DNA from: Burkholderiales bacterium
GTDB taxonomy: Bacteria > Pseudomonadota > Gammaproteobacteria > Burkholderiales > JAEUOS01
Direction of reading: 5' to 3'
Length of the DNA stretch: 64,000 nucleotides
Assembly: GCA_947473125.1 (NCBI GenBank)
Contig: CANJDH010000012.1
Coordinates: 1,131-65,130 of the forward strand
Positions 1 to 8,430 of the stretch are shown here, piece by piece (the first letter of the stretch is position 1; every line of letters begins with the position of its first letter). Under the pieces are notes generated by a model that did not search any database, was not told the DNA's origin, and worked only from the letters and a program-made list of their open reading frames with translations. Both the position numbers and the translations under genes were made by a program.

Positions 1-497
1 GCTTCCACGTCCACCTGCATGTTGATGACCTCGCCAAGAGCATCGGCTTTTATTCCAAGCTGTTTGCCGCCGAACCCACGCGGGTGGAAGCGGATTACGC
101 CAAATGGATGATCGAAGACCCGCGCATCAACTTCGCCATCTCGACGCGTGGCAACAAGCCGGGTATTGACCACCTCGGATTTCAGACCGATAGTGCCGAA
201 GAGCTTGATGTTCTCAAGGCGCGGGCTGACGGTGCCGACATGGCCTTGCAGGATGACGGCGAAACCACCTGCTGCTACGCACGCAGCGAGAAGTACTGGA
301 TTACCGACCCGCAGGGCATTGCCTGGGAGCAATTTCATACGCTGGGCAACATTCCGGTGTTCCATGAGGCGGCACCGGCAGACGCCACCGCTTCTGCATG
401 CTGTGCCCCGAAGGCAGGCGCCGTTGTCGCTGCGGCACCGACGACGCGCGGCAAGCCGATCGGCATCGCTGTGAAATCGGCGTCTTCCTGCTGCTGA
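1..497 (+). CDS. CadI/ArsI-family VOC (glyoxalase-fold) protein, 5' end outside window
   Basis: The frame of ORF 84..497 stays open back to base 3 (FHVHLHVDDLAKSIGFYSKLF...). It has a TTCCYA vicinal Cys pair typical of ArsI/CadI and two more CC pairs in the C-terminal tail (SACCAP, SSCC-stop). It lies directly upstream of arsC. Confidence 0.75.
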   Translation, partial: FHVHLHVDDLAKSIGFYSKLFAAEPTRVEADYAKWMIEDPRINFAISTRGNKPGIDHLGFQTDSAEELDVLKARADGADMALQDDGETTCCYARSEKYWITDPQGIAWEQFHTLGNIPVFHEAAPADATASACCAPKAGAVVAAAPTTRGKPIGIAVKSASSCC

Positions 498-520
498 ACT
501 GCGTTCGACACACTCCCATC

Positions 521-1024
521 ATGACGACCAACGTATTGATCCTGTGCACCCACAACTCCGCTCGCAGTGTGTTGGGCGAAGGCATGCTGAACCACCTGGC
601 CCAAAAGCTCGGCAAGGACGTCAAGGGGTTCAGCGCCGGCAGCGCCCCGAGCGGACGCCTCAATCCGTTCGCGCTCGAAGCCCTCAACCATGCCGGCGTA
701 GTCACCAGCGACTACCGCAGCAAGAGTTGGGACGAGTTCACCACTCAACAGGCGCCGCCGCTTAGCATCGTCATCACGGTTTGCGATAGTGCTGCGGCCG
801 AGACCTGCCCACTTTTTTTGGGTGGCAATGGCCAACCGGTCAAAGTGCATTGGGGTTATCCCGACCCTTCAAATGCCGAAGGTGGTGACGAAGGCAAGCA
901 GCGCGCCTTTGAGTTGACGCGCCAGGCAATCGCTTATCGCATGCTGCAGCTGTTGCAATTGCCCGTCGAAACGATCAGCAAACCGGCGTTGCTTCAGGCC
1001 CTCAATGACATTGGTGCAAGCTGA
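521..1024 (+). CDS. arsC: Arsenate reductase, LMW-PTP / thioredoxin-coupled type
   Basis: ATG is 41 codons into ORF 398..1024. N-terminus MTTNVLILCTHNSARS carries the CX5R P-loop. Downstream Cys residues (VCDSAAAETCP) fit the Trx-coupled ArsC family. Confidence 0.9.
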   Translation: MTTNVLILCTHNSARSVLGEGMLNHLAQKLGKDVKGFSAGSAPSGRLNPFALEALNHAGVVTSDYRSKSWDEFTTQQAPPLSIVITVCDSAAAETCPLFLGGNGQPVKVHWGYPDPSNAEGGDEGKQRAFELTRQAIAYRMLQLLQLPVETISKPALLQALNDIGAS

Positions 1025-1030
1025 GGCCAC

Positions 1031-1696
1031 ATGAACCTGCATCGCAAACTGCTTGCTGAATTGCTTGGCACTGCATTGCTGCTGGCGGTGGTGATTGGCT
1101 CGGGCATCATGGCCGAGCGCCTGTCGGGCGGTAATGTGGCCATCGCTCTGCTCGCCAACACCGCAGCGACGGTCGGTGGTCTCTATATTCTGATCGAGGT
1201 GTTTGGCCCGATCAGTGGCGCGCATTTCAATCCGGCCGTCAGTGCCGTGATGGCGTGGCGTGGGCAGTTGCCGGTGGCCGAGTTGATCGCGTTTGTCGTC
1301 GTGCAGTTGGTTGGCGCGATGCTCGGCGCATGGCTGGCCCACGCCATGTTTGACATGACGATCCTGCAGTTCTCAACCAAGTTGCGCACCGGCACCGGAC
1401 AATGGATTGCCGAAATTGTCGCGACTGCCGGCCTGATCCTGGTGATCTTGCGCGCGCCAGCGGCGCGGGTGTCGTCCATGGTGGCCGCCTACATCGGAGC
1501 GGCCTACTGGTTCACCGCTTCAACCTCGTTCGCAAATCCGGCCGCCGCATTTGGCCGGATGTTCAGCGACAGTTTCGCCGGCATCGCCCCGAGCAGTGCG
1601 CCGGGATTTGTGGTTTCCCAATTGGCGGGGGCGGCGGTTGCGCTACTGCTGGACCGAATGCTCGGCGCCGGTAGCGAGACCACGCCGAAACGATGA
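1031..1696 (+). CDS. MIP-family channel (AqpS-like aquaglyceroporin, probable As(III) channel)
   Basis: Two NPA boxes (HFNPAVS, FANPAAAF) and multiple hydrophobic helices. It starts 6 nt after the arsC stop. Confidence 0.85.
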   Translation: MNLHRKLLAELLGTALLLAVVIGSGIMAERLSGGNVAIALLANTAATVGGLYILIEVFGPISGAHFNPAVSAVMAWRGQLPVAELIAFVVVQLVGAMLGAWLAHAMFDMTILQFSTKLRTGTGQWIAEIVATAGLILVILRAPAARVSSMVAAYIGAAYWFTASTSFANPAAAFGRMFSDSFAGIAPSSAPGFVVSQLAGAAVALLLDRMLGAGSETTPKR

Positions 1697-1776
1697 GCCT
1701 GCCCTGCTTCACTTGCGGGGCGACGCCGGCCGCAACACCGGACAATACGTTTTTGTCGAACGACTAGGAGCAGGAC

Positions 1777-2439
1777 ATGACGCAAGTGACGCTGATTCCC
1801 GCCTTGCTGGCGGCGCTGATGGTGTGCTCCCCGCTGGCCCAGGCGCAATCGCCGCATACCCACCAGCACAGCTTTGGCGATGCCGCCAAATGGGCCCAGG
1901 TATTCGATGATCCGCAGCGCGACGCGTGGCAAAAGCCGCACGAGGTGATCAGCGCCCTGGCGCTCAAGCCTGATGCGGTGGTCGCCGACATTGGCGCCGG
2001 TACCGGCTACTTTGCAGCGCGCTTTGCGCGCATGGTTCCCAAGGGTCGGGTTTACGCTGTGGATACCGAACCCGACATGGTCAAACACCTGACCGAGCGC
2101 GCCAAGCGCGAGGGCCTAGCCAACCTCGTTGCCGTGAAGGGTGAGCCAGCCGACCCGCGCATTCCGGCAAAAGCCGATTTGATCGTCATGGTCGACGTAT
2201 ACCACCACGTGGATAACCGCGAACGCTACTTCGCGAAGCTGCTCGATTCACTCAAGCCCGATGGTCGGCTGGCGATCATCGACTTCCGCATGGACTCCCC
2301 CAACGGCCCGCCCAAGGCTGCACGGATTGCAAAGAGCCAAGTCAAGACAGAGATGCAAACTGCCGGCTACGTTCTTGCCAAGGAGCATGCCTTCCTGCCG
2401 AACCAGTTTTTCCTGGTGTTCAGATCTGCCAAGTCTTAG
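1777..2439 (+). CDS. Class I SAM-dependent methyltransferase with N-terminal signal peptide
   Basis: SAM motif I VADIGAGTGYF. N-terminus MTQVTLIPALLAALMVCSPLAQAQ looks like a cleavable Sec signal. An AGGAG lies upstream of the ATG. Confidence 0.8.
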   Translation: MTQVTLIPALLAALMVCSPLAQAQSPHTHQHSFGDAAKWAQVFDDPQRDAWQKPHEVISALALKPDAVVADIGAGTGYFAARFARMVPKGRVYAVDTEPDMVKHLTERAKREGLANLVAVKGEPADPRIPAKADLIVMVDVYHHVDNRERYFAKLLDSLKPDGRLAIIDFRMDSPNGPPKAARIAKSQVKTEMQTAGYVLAKEHAFLPNQFFLVFRSAKS

Positions 2440-2449
2440 GCGGTTGCGG

Positions 2450-2896
2450 TTATTTCACTCTAACGCCGGTCCCATCGAACACCGCTACGTCAATCGGAAC
2501 CCCTTGCCCGACGCTTTGCGCGACGGTGCAAAAACCTTCGAATTGACCCAGAATGCGCTCGAGGTTGTCGATGCTCGCCGCAGGAGCGCCCAGGCTCACC
2601 TGGACAGCTATGCCGAGCACACGCAAGCGGCCTTCTGCATTGCGCCCCACAGTGGAGTGGACGCGTGTGGTGATGCCTTGCGGGTCTTGCTTGAACTTCT
2701 TCATCGCGAAAAACAAGCTGTCCGAGAGGCAGTTGCCGACGGCTGCCGCAAGTAGTTGCTCCGGGCTGGGCCCGGTTCCACCACCAAGGGGCGGCCCCTC
2801 GTCGCCAAAGAGTACAGGCAGGTCAGCACCAAACGAAATGGCGAAGCGAAAATCCTTTTCCTGCGTCAGGACAACTTCGTGGGCAGCAGCGCTCAT
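2450..2896 (-). CDS. OsmC/Ohr-family peroxiredoxin-like protein
   Basis: 148 aa. PSPEQLLAAAVGNCL and the C-terminal FEGFCTV give the two conserved Cys of the OsmC fold. Confidence 0.8.
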   Translation of the reverse strand: MSAAAHEVVLTQEKDFRFAISFGADLPVLFGDEGPPLGGGTGPSPEQLLAAAVGNCLSDSLFFAMKKFKQDPQGITTRVHSTVGRNAEGRLRVLGIAVQVSLGAPAASIDNLERILGQFEGFCTVAQSVGQGVPIDVAVFDGTGVRVK

Positions 2897-2908
2897 GCCG
2901 GCTCCTTT

Positions 2909-3295
2909 CTAGAGTTGCGCAATAACGCGTTGCAGTTTGGCACGAACTTCGGTGGCGATGCCGCCCAGCGCCGGATTCTCGATCGCTTTCATCGACTCCA
3001 TCGGGTCGATTGCCGACACCTCGACGCTGCCGGGTGTGTGTTCCTGCACGATCACATTGCACGGCAGCATGGTGCCAATCTTGTCTTCCGCGAGCAGCGC
3101 CTTGTGGGCAAAGCCAGGATTGCAGGCGCCGAGGATGCGGTAAGGACGAAAGTCGACATCAATTTTCGCCTTGAGGGTCTTCTGCACGTCAATCTCGGTG
3201 AGGACGCCGAAGCCTTCCTTCTTGAGTTCGTCGGTGACGCGCGCGATGGCATCGTCCATGCCGAGAGCCAGGGTCTTGCTGAAGTGGTAGGTCAT
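2909..3295 (-). CDS. DUF302 domain protein
   Basis: 128 aa. The FGVLTEIDVQKTLKAKIDVDFRPYRILGACNP block is typical of DUF302. Its start overlaps the trxC stop by 4 nt. Confidence 0.75.
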   Translation of the reverse strand: MTYHFSKTLALGMDDAIARVTDELKKEGFGVLTEIDVQKTLKAKIDVDFRPYRILGACNPGFAHKALLAEDKIGTMLPCNVIVQEHTPGSVEVSAIDPMESMKAIENPALGGIATEVRAKLQRVIAQL

Positions 3296-3738
3296 TGTTT
3301 TCCTGTCAGGTTTGATTGGGTGCGCTGGGTTCGAATCCAGCTCGAAAGATCCTTGGCGGACATGGCGCCTGAAACGCGCGCCACTTCTGCGCCCTTGTCG
3401 AACAGGATCAGGGTCGGGATGCTGCGAATGCGGTACTTCACCGAAGCCTGTGGTGCGGCATCGGAGTCGACCTTGACGAAGCGCACGTCAGCAAGTTCAC
3501 GCGCTGCCGCCGCAAATTGCGGCGCCATCATCTTGCAGGGGCCGCACCACTCGGCCCAGAAGTCGACCACGACCGGCTGTTCGGTTGCTGCCAGATAGCC
3601 CGGCAGGGCGGCGTCGCTGATCGCCACGGGCGCGGGGTCGGCCAGCGCCGTCTTGCAGCGGCCGCAGACGGCGCCGTCGTGCAGGCGCTCTGGTGCCACC
3701 CGGTTGGTGGCGCCACAGGAAGGGCAGACCAGGTTCAT
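3292..3738 (-). CDS. trxC: Thioredoxin 2 (zinc-finger N-terminal extension)
   Basis: WCGPC active site preceded by CPSCG...CGRCK zinc-binding Cys pairs. Confidence 0.9.
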   Translation of the reverse strand: MNLVCPSCGATNRVAPERLHDGAVCGRCKTALADPAPVAISDAALPGYLAATEQPVVVDFWAEWCGPCKMMAPQFAAAARELADVRFVKVDSDAAPQASVKYRIRSIPTLILFDKGAEVARVSGAMSAKDLSSWIRTQRTQSNLTGKQ

Positions 3739-3753
3739 GATGGCCGGCCTGAT

Positions 3754-3963
3754 TCAGCAGCCGCCCTGCGCGCCCAGCTTGCGCAGGATGGATTCCATCA
3801 TGCACCAGTTGGTGAGAGCGCTTTGCAAGAGGTTGGCGCCGACAAAGACGGTGAAGGCCAGCCACCATTGGCTGACGAACACCGGGCTGCCGGGGATGCC
3901 CAGTGCGAGCGAGATGAGGATGAAGGTACCGGCGACGAGACGGACGATTTGCCAAGAGGTCAT
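3754..3963 (-). CDS. DUF2892 (YgaP-like) small membrane protein
   Basis: 69 aa with two hydrophobic helices. The RLVAG...FVGANLLQSALTNWC pattern fits the DUF2892 family. Its start overlaps the RND stop by 4 nt. Confidence 0.7.
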   Translation of the reverse strand: MTSWQIVRLVAGTFILISLALGIPGSPVFVSQWWLAFTVFVGANLLQSALTNWCMMESILRKLGAQGGC

Positions 3964-6900
3964 GTTGATGCTCCTTTGAGGATGGTGTGAAGGCGATTGC
4001 GATACGCGGTGTAGTACAGCAGGGGGATGATGACCAGTGTTAACAGGGTGGAGACGAAGATGCCGAAAATCAACGAGATCGCGAGGCCGCGAAAGATCGG
4101 ATCATCAAGAATGAAGAATGCGCCGAGCATGGCAGCCAGACCGGTGAGCACAATTGGTTGGGCGCGCGTGATCGCCGAATGCACCACGGCTTGCTTGAAC
4201 GGCACGCCCTGGCGCACCTGCAGGTTGATGAAGTCGACCAGCAGGATCGAATTGCGCACGATGATGCCTGCCAGTGCGATCATGCCGATCATGCTGGTGG
4301 CGGTGTATTGCGCACCGAGCAGCGCGTGGCCCGGCATCACGCCGACGATGGTGAGCGGAATCGGCGCCATCACGATCAGCGGCGTGAGGTAGGAGCCGAA
4401 CTGCGCCACCACCAGAAGGTAAATCAGCACCAGGCCCACGGCGTACGCCGCGCCCATGTCGCGAAAGGTTTCGTAGGTGATCTGCCACTCGCCGTCCCAC
4501 TTGATGGCATAGCCGCGATACGGGTCTTCGGGCTGACTGATGAAATGCTCGCCAAGGGTGCCACCGCCCGGCACTTCGATCTTCGCCAGTTCGCTGCGCA
4601 TCGCAAACATGCCGTACAGCGGGCTGTCGAGCTTGCCGGCCATGTCACCGACTACATAGTTCACCGCCAGCAGGTCCTTGTGATAGACCGGCTGCTCGCG
4701 CAAGGTGTCGGTGACGTTGACCAATTCGCGGATCGGCACGATCTTTCCGTCGGCGCTGCGCACGCCAAGTTGCAGCAGCGCGTCGAGATCTCCGTGGCGC
4801 TCCGCAGGCAGCTGCAGCGTGACCGCGGCCGGGTACTTGGTTTCGTCGTGCAAATAGGCAGTCTGTTCCCCGGCCAGACCTGCGCGCAGCGTTGTCACGA
4901 TCGCCTGTTGCGGCACGCCAAGCATTGCGGCCTTGCGCCGATCCACGACCAGCAATTTGCGCGGCGCGCTGGCAATGCTGCTGTCGTCTACGTCGACCAC
5001 GCTTGCGGCCTTTTCGAAAATGGCGCGCACTTTTTTCGCCACCATATGCCGGCCTTCGGGCGCGGCGCCGTAGACCTCGGCGACGATCGGCGCGAGCACC
5101 GGCGGCCCCGGCGGCACTTCGACGATCTTCACGTTGGCGCCGAAGCGGCGGCCAATTTCCTGCAGGGCCGGGCGGATCCGCGTGGCGATGGCATGGCTTT
5201 GGTCCTTGCGGTCATGCTTGTCGACCAGGTTCACCTGAATGTCGCCGAATTCCCCGCCGGCACGCAGGTAATACTGGCGCACCAGGCCGTTGAAATTGAT
5301 CGGGGCGGCCGTGCCGGCATAGGTTTGCAGGTCGGTCACTTCAGGCACCGTACGCAGGTGGGCGCTCAGGGCGCGCAGCGTGGCGTCGGTGTGTTCCAGC
5401 GGGGTGCCGACCGGCAGGTCGACAATTACCTGGAATTCGGACTTGTTGTCGAACGGCAGCATCTTGAGCAGCACCAGGCCGGTGGCCGGCAGTGCCAGCG
5501 ACAGCGCGATCAGCAAGGCCACGCCCGCAGTGAGGCGGCGCCGATTGCGCTGGCCGCTGGCATCGTCAACGAAGGGCGTAAAGAGCCTTTGGAACAACGG
5601 GCCAAGCTTGGCTGCGATGCCGTGCGGCGCCGCATCATGCATGCCCGCGGGCACCGCCTTCATCCACAGGCGCGACAGCCACGGCGTCACCGTAAACGCG
5701 ATCGCGAGCGAGAGCAGCATGCCCATGCTGGCGTTGATCGGGATCGGGCTCATGTAGGGGCCCATCAGGCCGGACACGAAAGCCATCGGCAACAGCGCGG
5801 CAATCACCGTCAGCGTCGCCAGGATGGTCGGGCCACCGACTTCGTCAACAGCACCAGGAATGATTTCCGTGAGCGTCTTGCCGGGATACAGCTGCTGGTG
5901 GCGGTGGATGTTCTCGACCACCACGATCGCATCGTCCACCAAAATGCCGATCGAGAAGATCAGCGCGAACAGCGAAACGCGATTGAGCGTGAAGCCCCAT
6001 GCCCAGGAAGCGAACAGCGTTACCGTGAGCGTGAGGATCACCGCCGCGCCGACGATCGCCGCTTCACGGCGGCCAAGCGCGAGGAACACCAGGGCAATCA
6101 CTGACGCCGTGGCGAACATCAATTTCTGGATCAGCTTCAGAGCCTTGTCGTTGGCGGTGGCGCCATAGTTTCGCGACACGCTCACCTGCACATCACCCGG
6201 AATCACCGTGTTGCGCAGCGCTTCCACGCGGCGCGTCACGGCGTTCGCGACGCCAGTCGCGTTTTCGCCGGGCTTCTTGGTGACCGACAGCGTGACCGCC
6301 GGATATTCAACGCCGGCTTGCCCGTCAGCACCTGCACCTTTTTTCGCACCAATGCCATGCCAGACGTAACGCGCGGCGGGCAGCGGCCCGTCGCGCACCG
6401 TTGCCACATCGGCGAGGAACACCGGTTTGGCGTTGCGCACGCCAACCACCAGTTCACCGACTTCTCGCGCGTCCTTCAGGAACGGCCCGGTTTCGACGGC
6501 GACCGCGCGATTGCCGGTCAAGATATCGCCTGCCGGCAGACCAAAGTTGGCGGACTGCAAAGCATTGCGCAAATCGGCAACCGTCACACCGCTGCTGGCC
6601 ATGCGCGCCGGGTCGAGCTCGGCAAGCACGCCGCGGCCTGGCCCGCCGATGGTGATCACTTCGCGCGTACCCGGAACGCGCTTGAGTTCCGCCTCCATGC
6701 TGTGGGCGACGCGTTCCAGGTCGTAGGTGCCGCTGGCCGGATTGGTACTGTAAAGAGTCAGGGTGACGATCGGGACGTCGTCAATCCCTTTCGGCTTGAT
6801 GATCGGGGCCAGGACGCCGAGCCCCTTTGGCAGCCAGTCGGCATTCGAATTGACGGTGTCGTAGAGGCGCACCAGCGCTTCGGTGCGCGGCACGCCGACC

Positions 6901-7208
6901 TTGTATTGCACCGTGACAATGGCGAGGCCGGGGCGCGACACCGACATCACGTGCTCGACGCCGGCGATCTGGGATAGCACCTGTTCGGCCGGCGCCGTCA
7001 CCATCTGCTCGACATCGCGCACCGACGCACCGGGGAACGGGATCAGCACGTTCGCCATGGTCACGTTGATTTGCGGTTCTTCCTCGCGCGGCGTCACCAT
7101 CACGGCAAAACCGCCGAGCAGCAGGGCGGCCACGCCCAGCAAAGGGGTGATCTGCGCCGTCTGGAAGAAGGCGGCGATGCGGCCGGAGATGCCGAGTTTG
7201 GCGGTCAT
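3960..7208 (-). CDS. RND efflux transporter permease (AcrB/CzcA superfamily)
   Basis: 1082 aa with a 12-TM architecture and two large periplasmic loops. The N-terminus RIAAFF...ITPLLGVAALLLGGFAV is typical of RND pumps. Confidence 0.9.
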   Translation of the reverse strand: MTAKLGISGRIAAFFQTAQITPLLGVAALLLGGFAVMVTPREEEPQINVTMANVLIPFPGASVRDVEQMVTAPAEQVLSQIAGVEHVMSVSRPGLAIVTVQYKVGVPRTEALVRLYDTVNSNADWLPKGLGVLAPIIKPKGIDDVPIVTLTLYSTNPASGTYDLERVAHSMEAELKRVPGTREVITIGGPGRGVLAELDPARMASSGVTVADLRNALQSANFGLPAGDILTGNRAVAVETGPFLKDAREVGELVVGVRNAKPVFLADVATVRDGPLPAARYVWHGIGAKKGAGADGQAGVEYPAVTLSVTKKPGENATGVANAVTRRVEALRNTVIPGDVQVSVSRNYGATANDKALKLIQKLMFATASVIALVFLALGRREAAIVGAAVILTLTVTLFASWAWGFTLNRVSLFALIFSIGILVDDAIVVVENIHRHQQLYPGKTLTEIIPGAVDEVGGPTILATLTVIAALLPMAFVSGLMGPYMSPIPINASMGMLLSLAIAFTVTPWLSRLWMKAVPAGMHDAAPHGIAAKLGPLFQRLFTPFVDDASGQRNRRRLTAGVALLIALSLALPATGLVLLKMLPFDNKSEFQVIVDLPVGTPLEHTDATLRALSAHLRTVPEVTDLQTYAGTAAPINFNGLVRQYYLRAGGEFGDIQVNLVDKHDRKDQSHAIATRIRPALQEIGRRFGANVKIVEVPPGPPVLAPIVAEVYGAAPEGRHMVAKKVRAIFEKAASVVDVDDSSIASAPRKLLVVDRRKAAMLGVPQQAIVTTLRAGLAGEQTAYLHDETKYPAAVTLQLPAERHGDLDALLQLGVRSADGKIVPIRELVNVTDTLREQPVYHKDLLAVNYVVGDMAGKLDSPLYGMFAMRSELAKIEVPGGGTLGEHFISQPEDPYRGYAIKWDGEWQITYETFRDMGAAYAVGLVLIYLLVVAQFGSYLTPLIVMAPIPLTIVGVMPGHALLGAQYTATSMIGMIALAGIIVRNSILLVDFINLQVRQGVPFKQAVVHSAITRAQPIVLTGLAAMLGAFFILDDPIFRGLAISLIFGIFVSTLLTLVIIPLLYYTAYRNRLHTILKGAST

Positions 7209-7211
7209 GGG

Positions 7212-8249
7212 TCAGCGCGCCTTTGCAGCCGCTTCGGGGTCGAGCACGACCCGGTCACCCGACGCGACACCGGACAGCACCTCGACGCTGCTACCGGTGA
7301 CGCGCCCAAGTCGCACTTGGCGCAGCACCGGTTTGCCCGAGGGTTCGAGCACATACAGGCCGGTCATTTCGGCACGCCGCACCACGCTCGCCGTCGGCAC
7401 CATAATGCGCGAGCCAACCGCGGCTTCAACCGGCAGCCAGGCGCGGGCGAACACACCAGGCGCGACGCCGGCAAGCCCGGCGGGAAGGTCAAGGCGCACC
7501 TGCACCGTATGCGTGGCCGGGTCCGCCGACGGCAGGATCGTGAAACGGGTCGGCACCACCCACTGGCGATCGGCGGGCAGGCCGGGGATTTCCACTTTGG
7601 CGGCGGCGTTGGCCGCAACCCGGGCGGCGGCAGTCTGCGGCAGTGACGCAGTCACGCGCAGGGCGGCCGGATCGTAGAGGGTGAGCAGCGCGCGGCCCGG
7701 CATGGCCATGTCGCCCAGCGTCACGGGCACCTCGGAGATGATGCCGGCGTAAGGTGCCTTGACCACGAAAAAGCCCGATTGGGTGCGCGTCACCCCGGCT
7801 TGGGCCAGTTGGGCTGCCGTCTGTGCCTCCGCCGATCTGAATTGCGCCTCGGCGCGGTCGAGCGCAGCCTGGCTGATGTACTGTTTCTGGAACAGTTGGC
7901 GCTGGCGCTCGAACTCCTTGCGCGCCACATCGAGCTCGGCGCGCGCCGCTCGCACTTGCGCATCGCTCGCGGCGGCCGACTGCTCGGCGGCACGCGCGTC
8001 GAGCCGGACCAGCACCTGCCCAGCCTTGACGACATCACCCGGCTTCACATGCAGCGCCACCACCGCACCCGGCACCTGGGCTGCAATCACGGTTTGCCGC
8101 ACCGCTTCGACGACACCGTCGAAGCCGGTGCTGCCGTTGCCGTCCGCGGTCTTGATCAGTGTCGTCGCAAGCGGGCCTTGCGCCCATGCCTGCGCAAGCC
8201 CACCCACCGCCAAGGTGATCACCACTACCGCAAAAAGATTCCTGAACAT
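7212..8249 (-). CDS. RND efflux periplasmic adaptor (membrane fusion protein)
   Basis: Signal/anchor MFRNLFAVVVITLAVGGLAQAWAQ, a coiled-coil hairpin (AAEQSAAASDAQVRAARAELDVARKEFERQRQLF) and beta-barrel regions. ATG at 8249 is preceded by GGAGAGAG; the ORF could extend to 8282. Confidence 0.85.
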   Translation of the reverse strand: MFRNLFAVVVITLAVGGLAQAWAQGPLATTLIKTADGNGSTGFDGVVEAVRQTVIAAQVPGAVVALHVKPGDVVKAGQVLVRLDARAAEQSAAASDAQVRAARAELDVARKEFERQRQLFQKQYISQAALDRAEAQFRSAEAQTAAQLAQAGVTRTQSGFFVVKAPYAGIISEVPVTLGDMAMPGRALLTLYDPAALRVTASLPQTAAARVAANAAAKVEIPGLPADRQWVVPTRFTILPSADPATHTVQVRLDLPAGLAGVAPGVFARAWLPVEAAVGSRIMVPTASVVRRAEMTGLYVLEPSGKPVLRQVRLGRVTGSSVEVLSGVASGDRVVLDPEAAAKAR

Positions 8250-8375
8250 CCGCTCTCTCCACTGCGCCTTGATCGAAGGCAAACGCCGTCACCCATCAGG
8301 CAGGCAATCCCACGCACCCCAAAAAAAGCTGGTCAATCAGACACAACAAATATACTATATAGCTAATTAGTTACA

Positions 8376-8397
8376 TAGTCAATAACATAATTGACTA
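8376..8397. promoter_or_regulatory. Perfect 8-6-8 inverted repeat TAGTCAAT-AACATA-ATTGACTA in an AT-rich divergent promoter region (candidate ArsR-family operator)
   Basis: Read directly. It lies between the MFP start (8249) and the ArsR-family start (8431), in by far the most AT-rich stretch of this region. Confidence 0.4.
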
Positions 8398-8430
8398 AAT
8401 TCTTGATCAACCTGCGTCAGGTAAGGCATC

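Noticed and set aside
398-520. N-terminal extensions offered by the ORF track for many genes, for example arsC 398, MBL 11110, paaE 12911, paaB 14525, uxuB-like 33579, dctP 38116, topB 52651, CoA-transferase 63466 and the hypothetical 62298.
   Set aside because: The extensions are Arg/Pro/Cys-rich, overlap the preceding gene or intergenic signals, and homologous families start at the internal Met, which is usually preceded by a Shine-Dalgarno-like purine run. The internal starts were chosen instead.
1777-2439. The methyltransferase next to the ars genes considered as ArsM (arsenite S-adenosylmethionine methyltransferase).
   Set aside because: It lacks the conserved catalytic Cys residues of ArsM (the only Cys is in the signal-like segment), it is much shorter, and it carries an export-like N-terminus.
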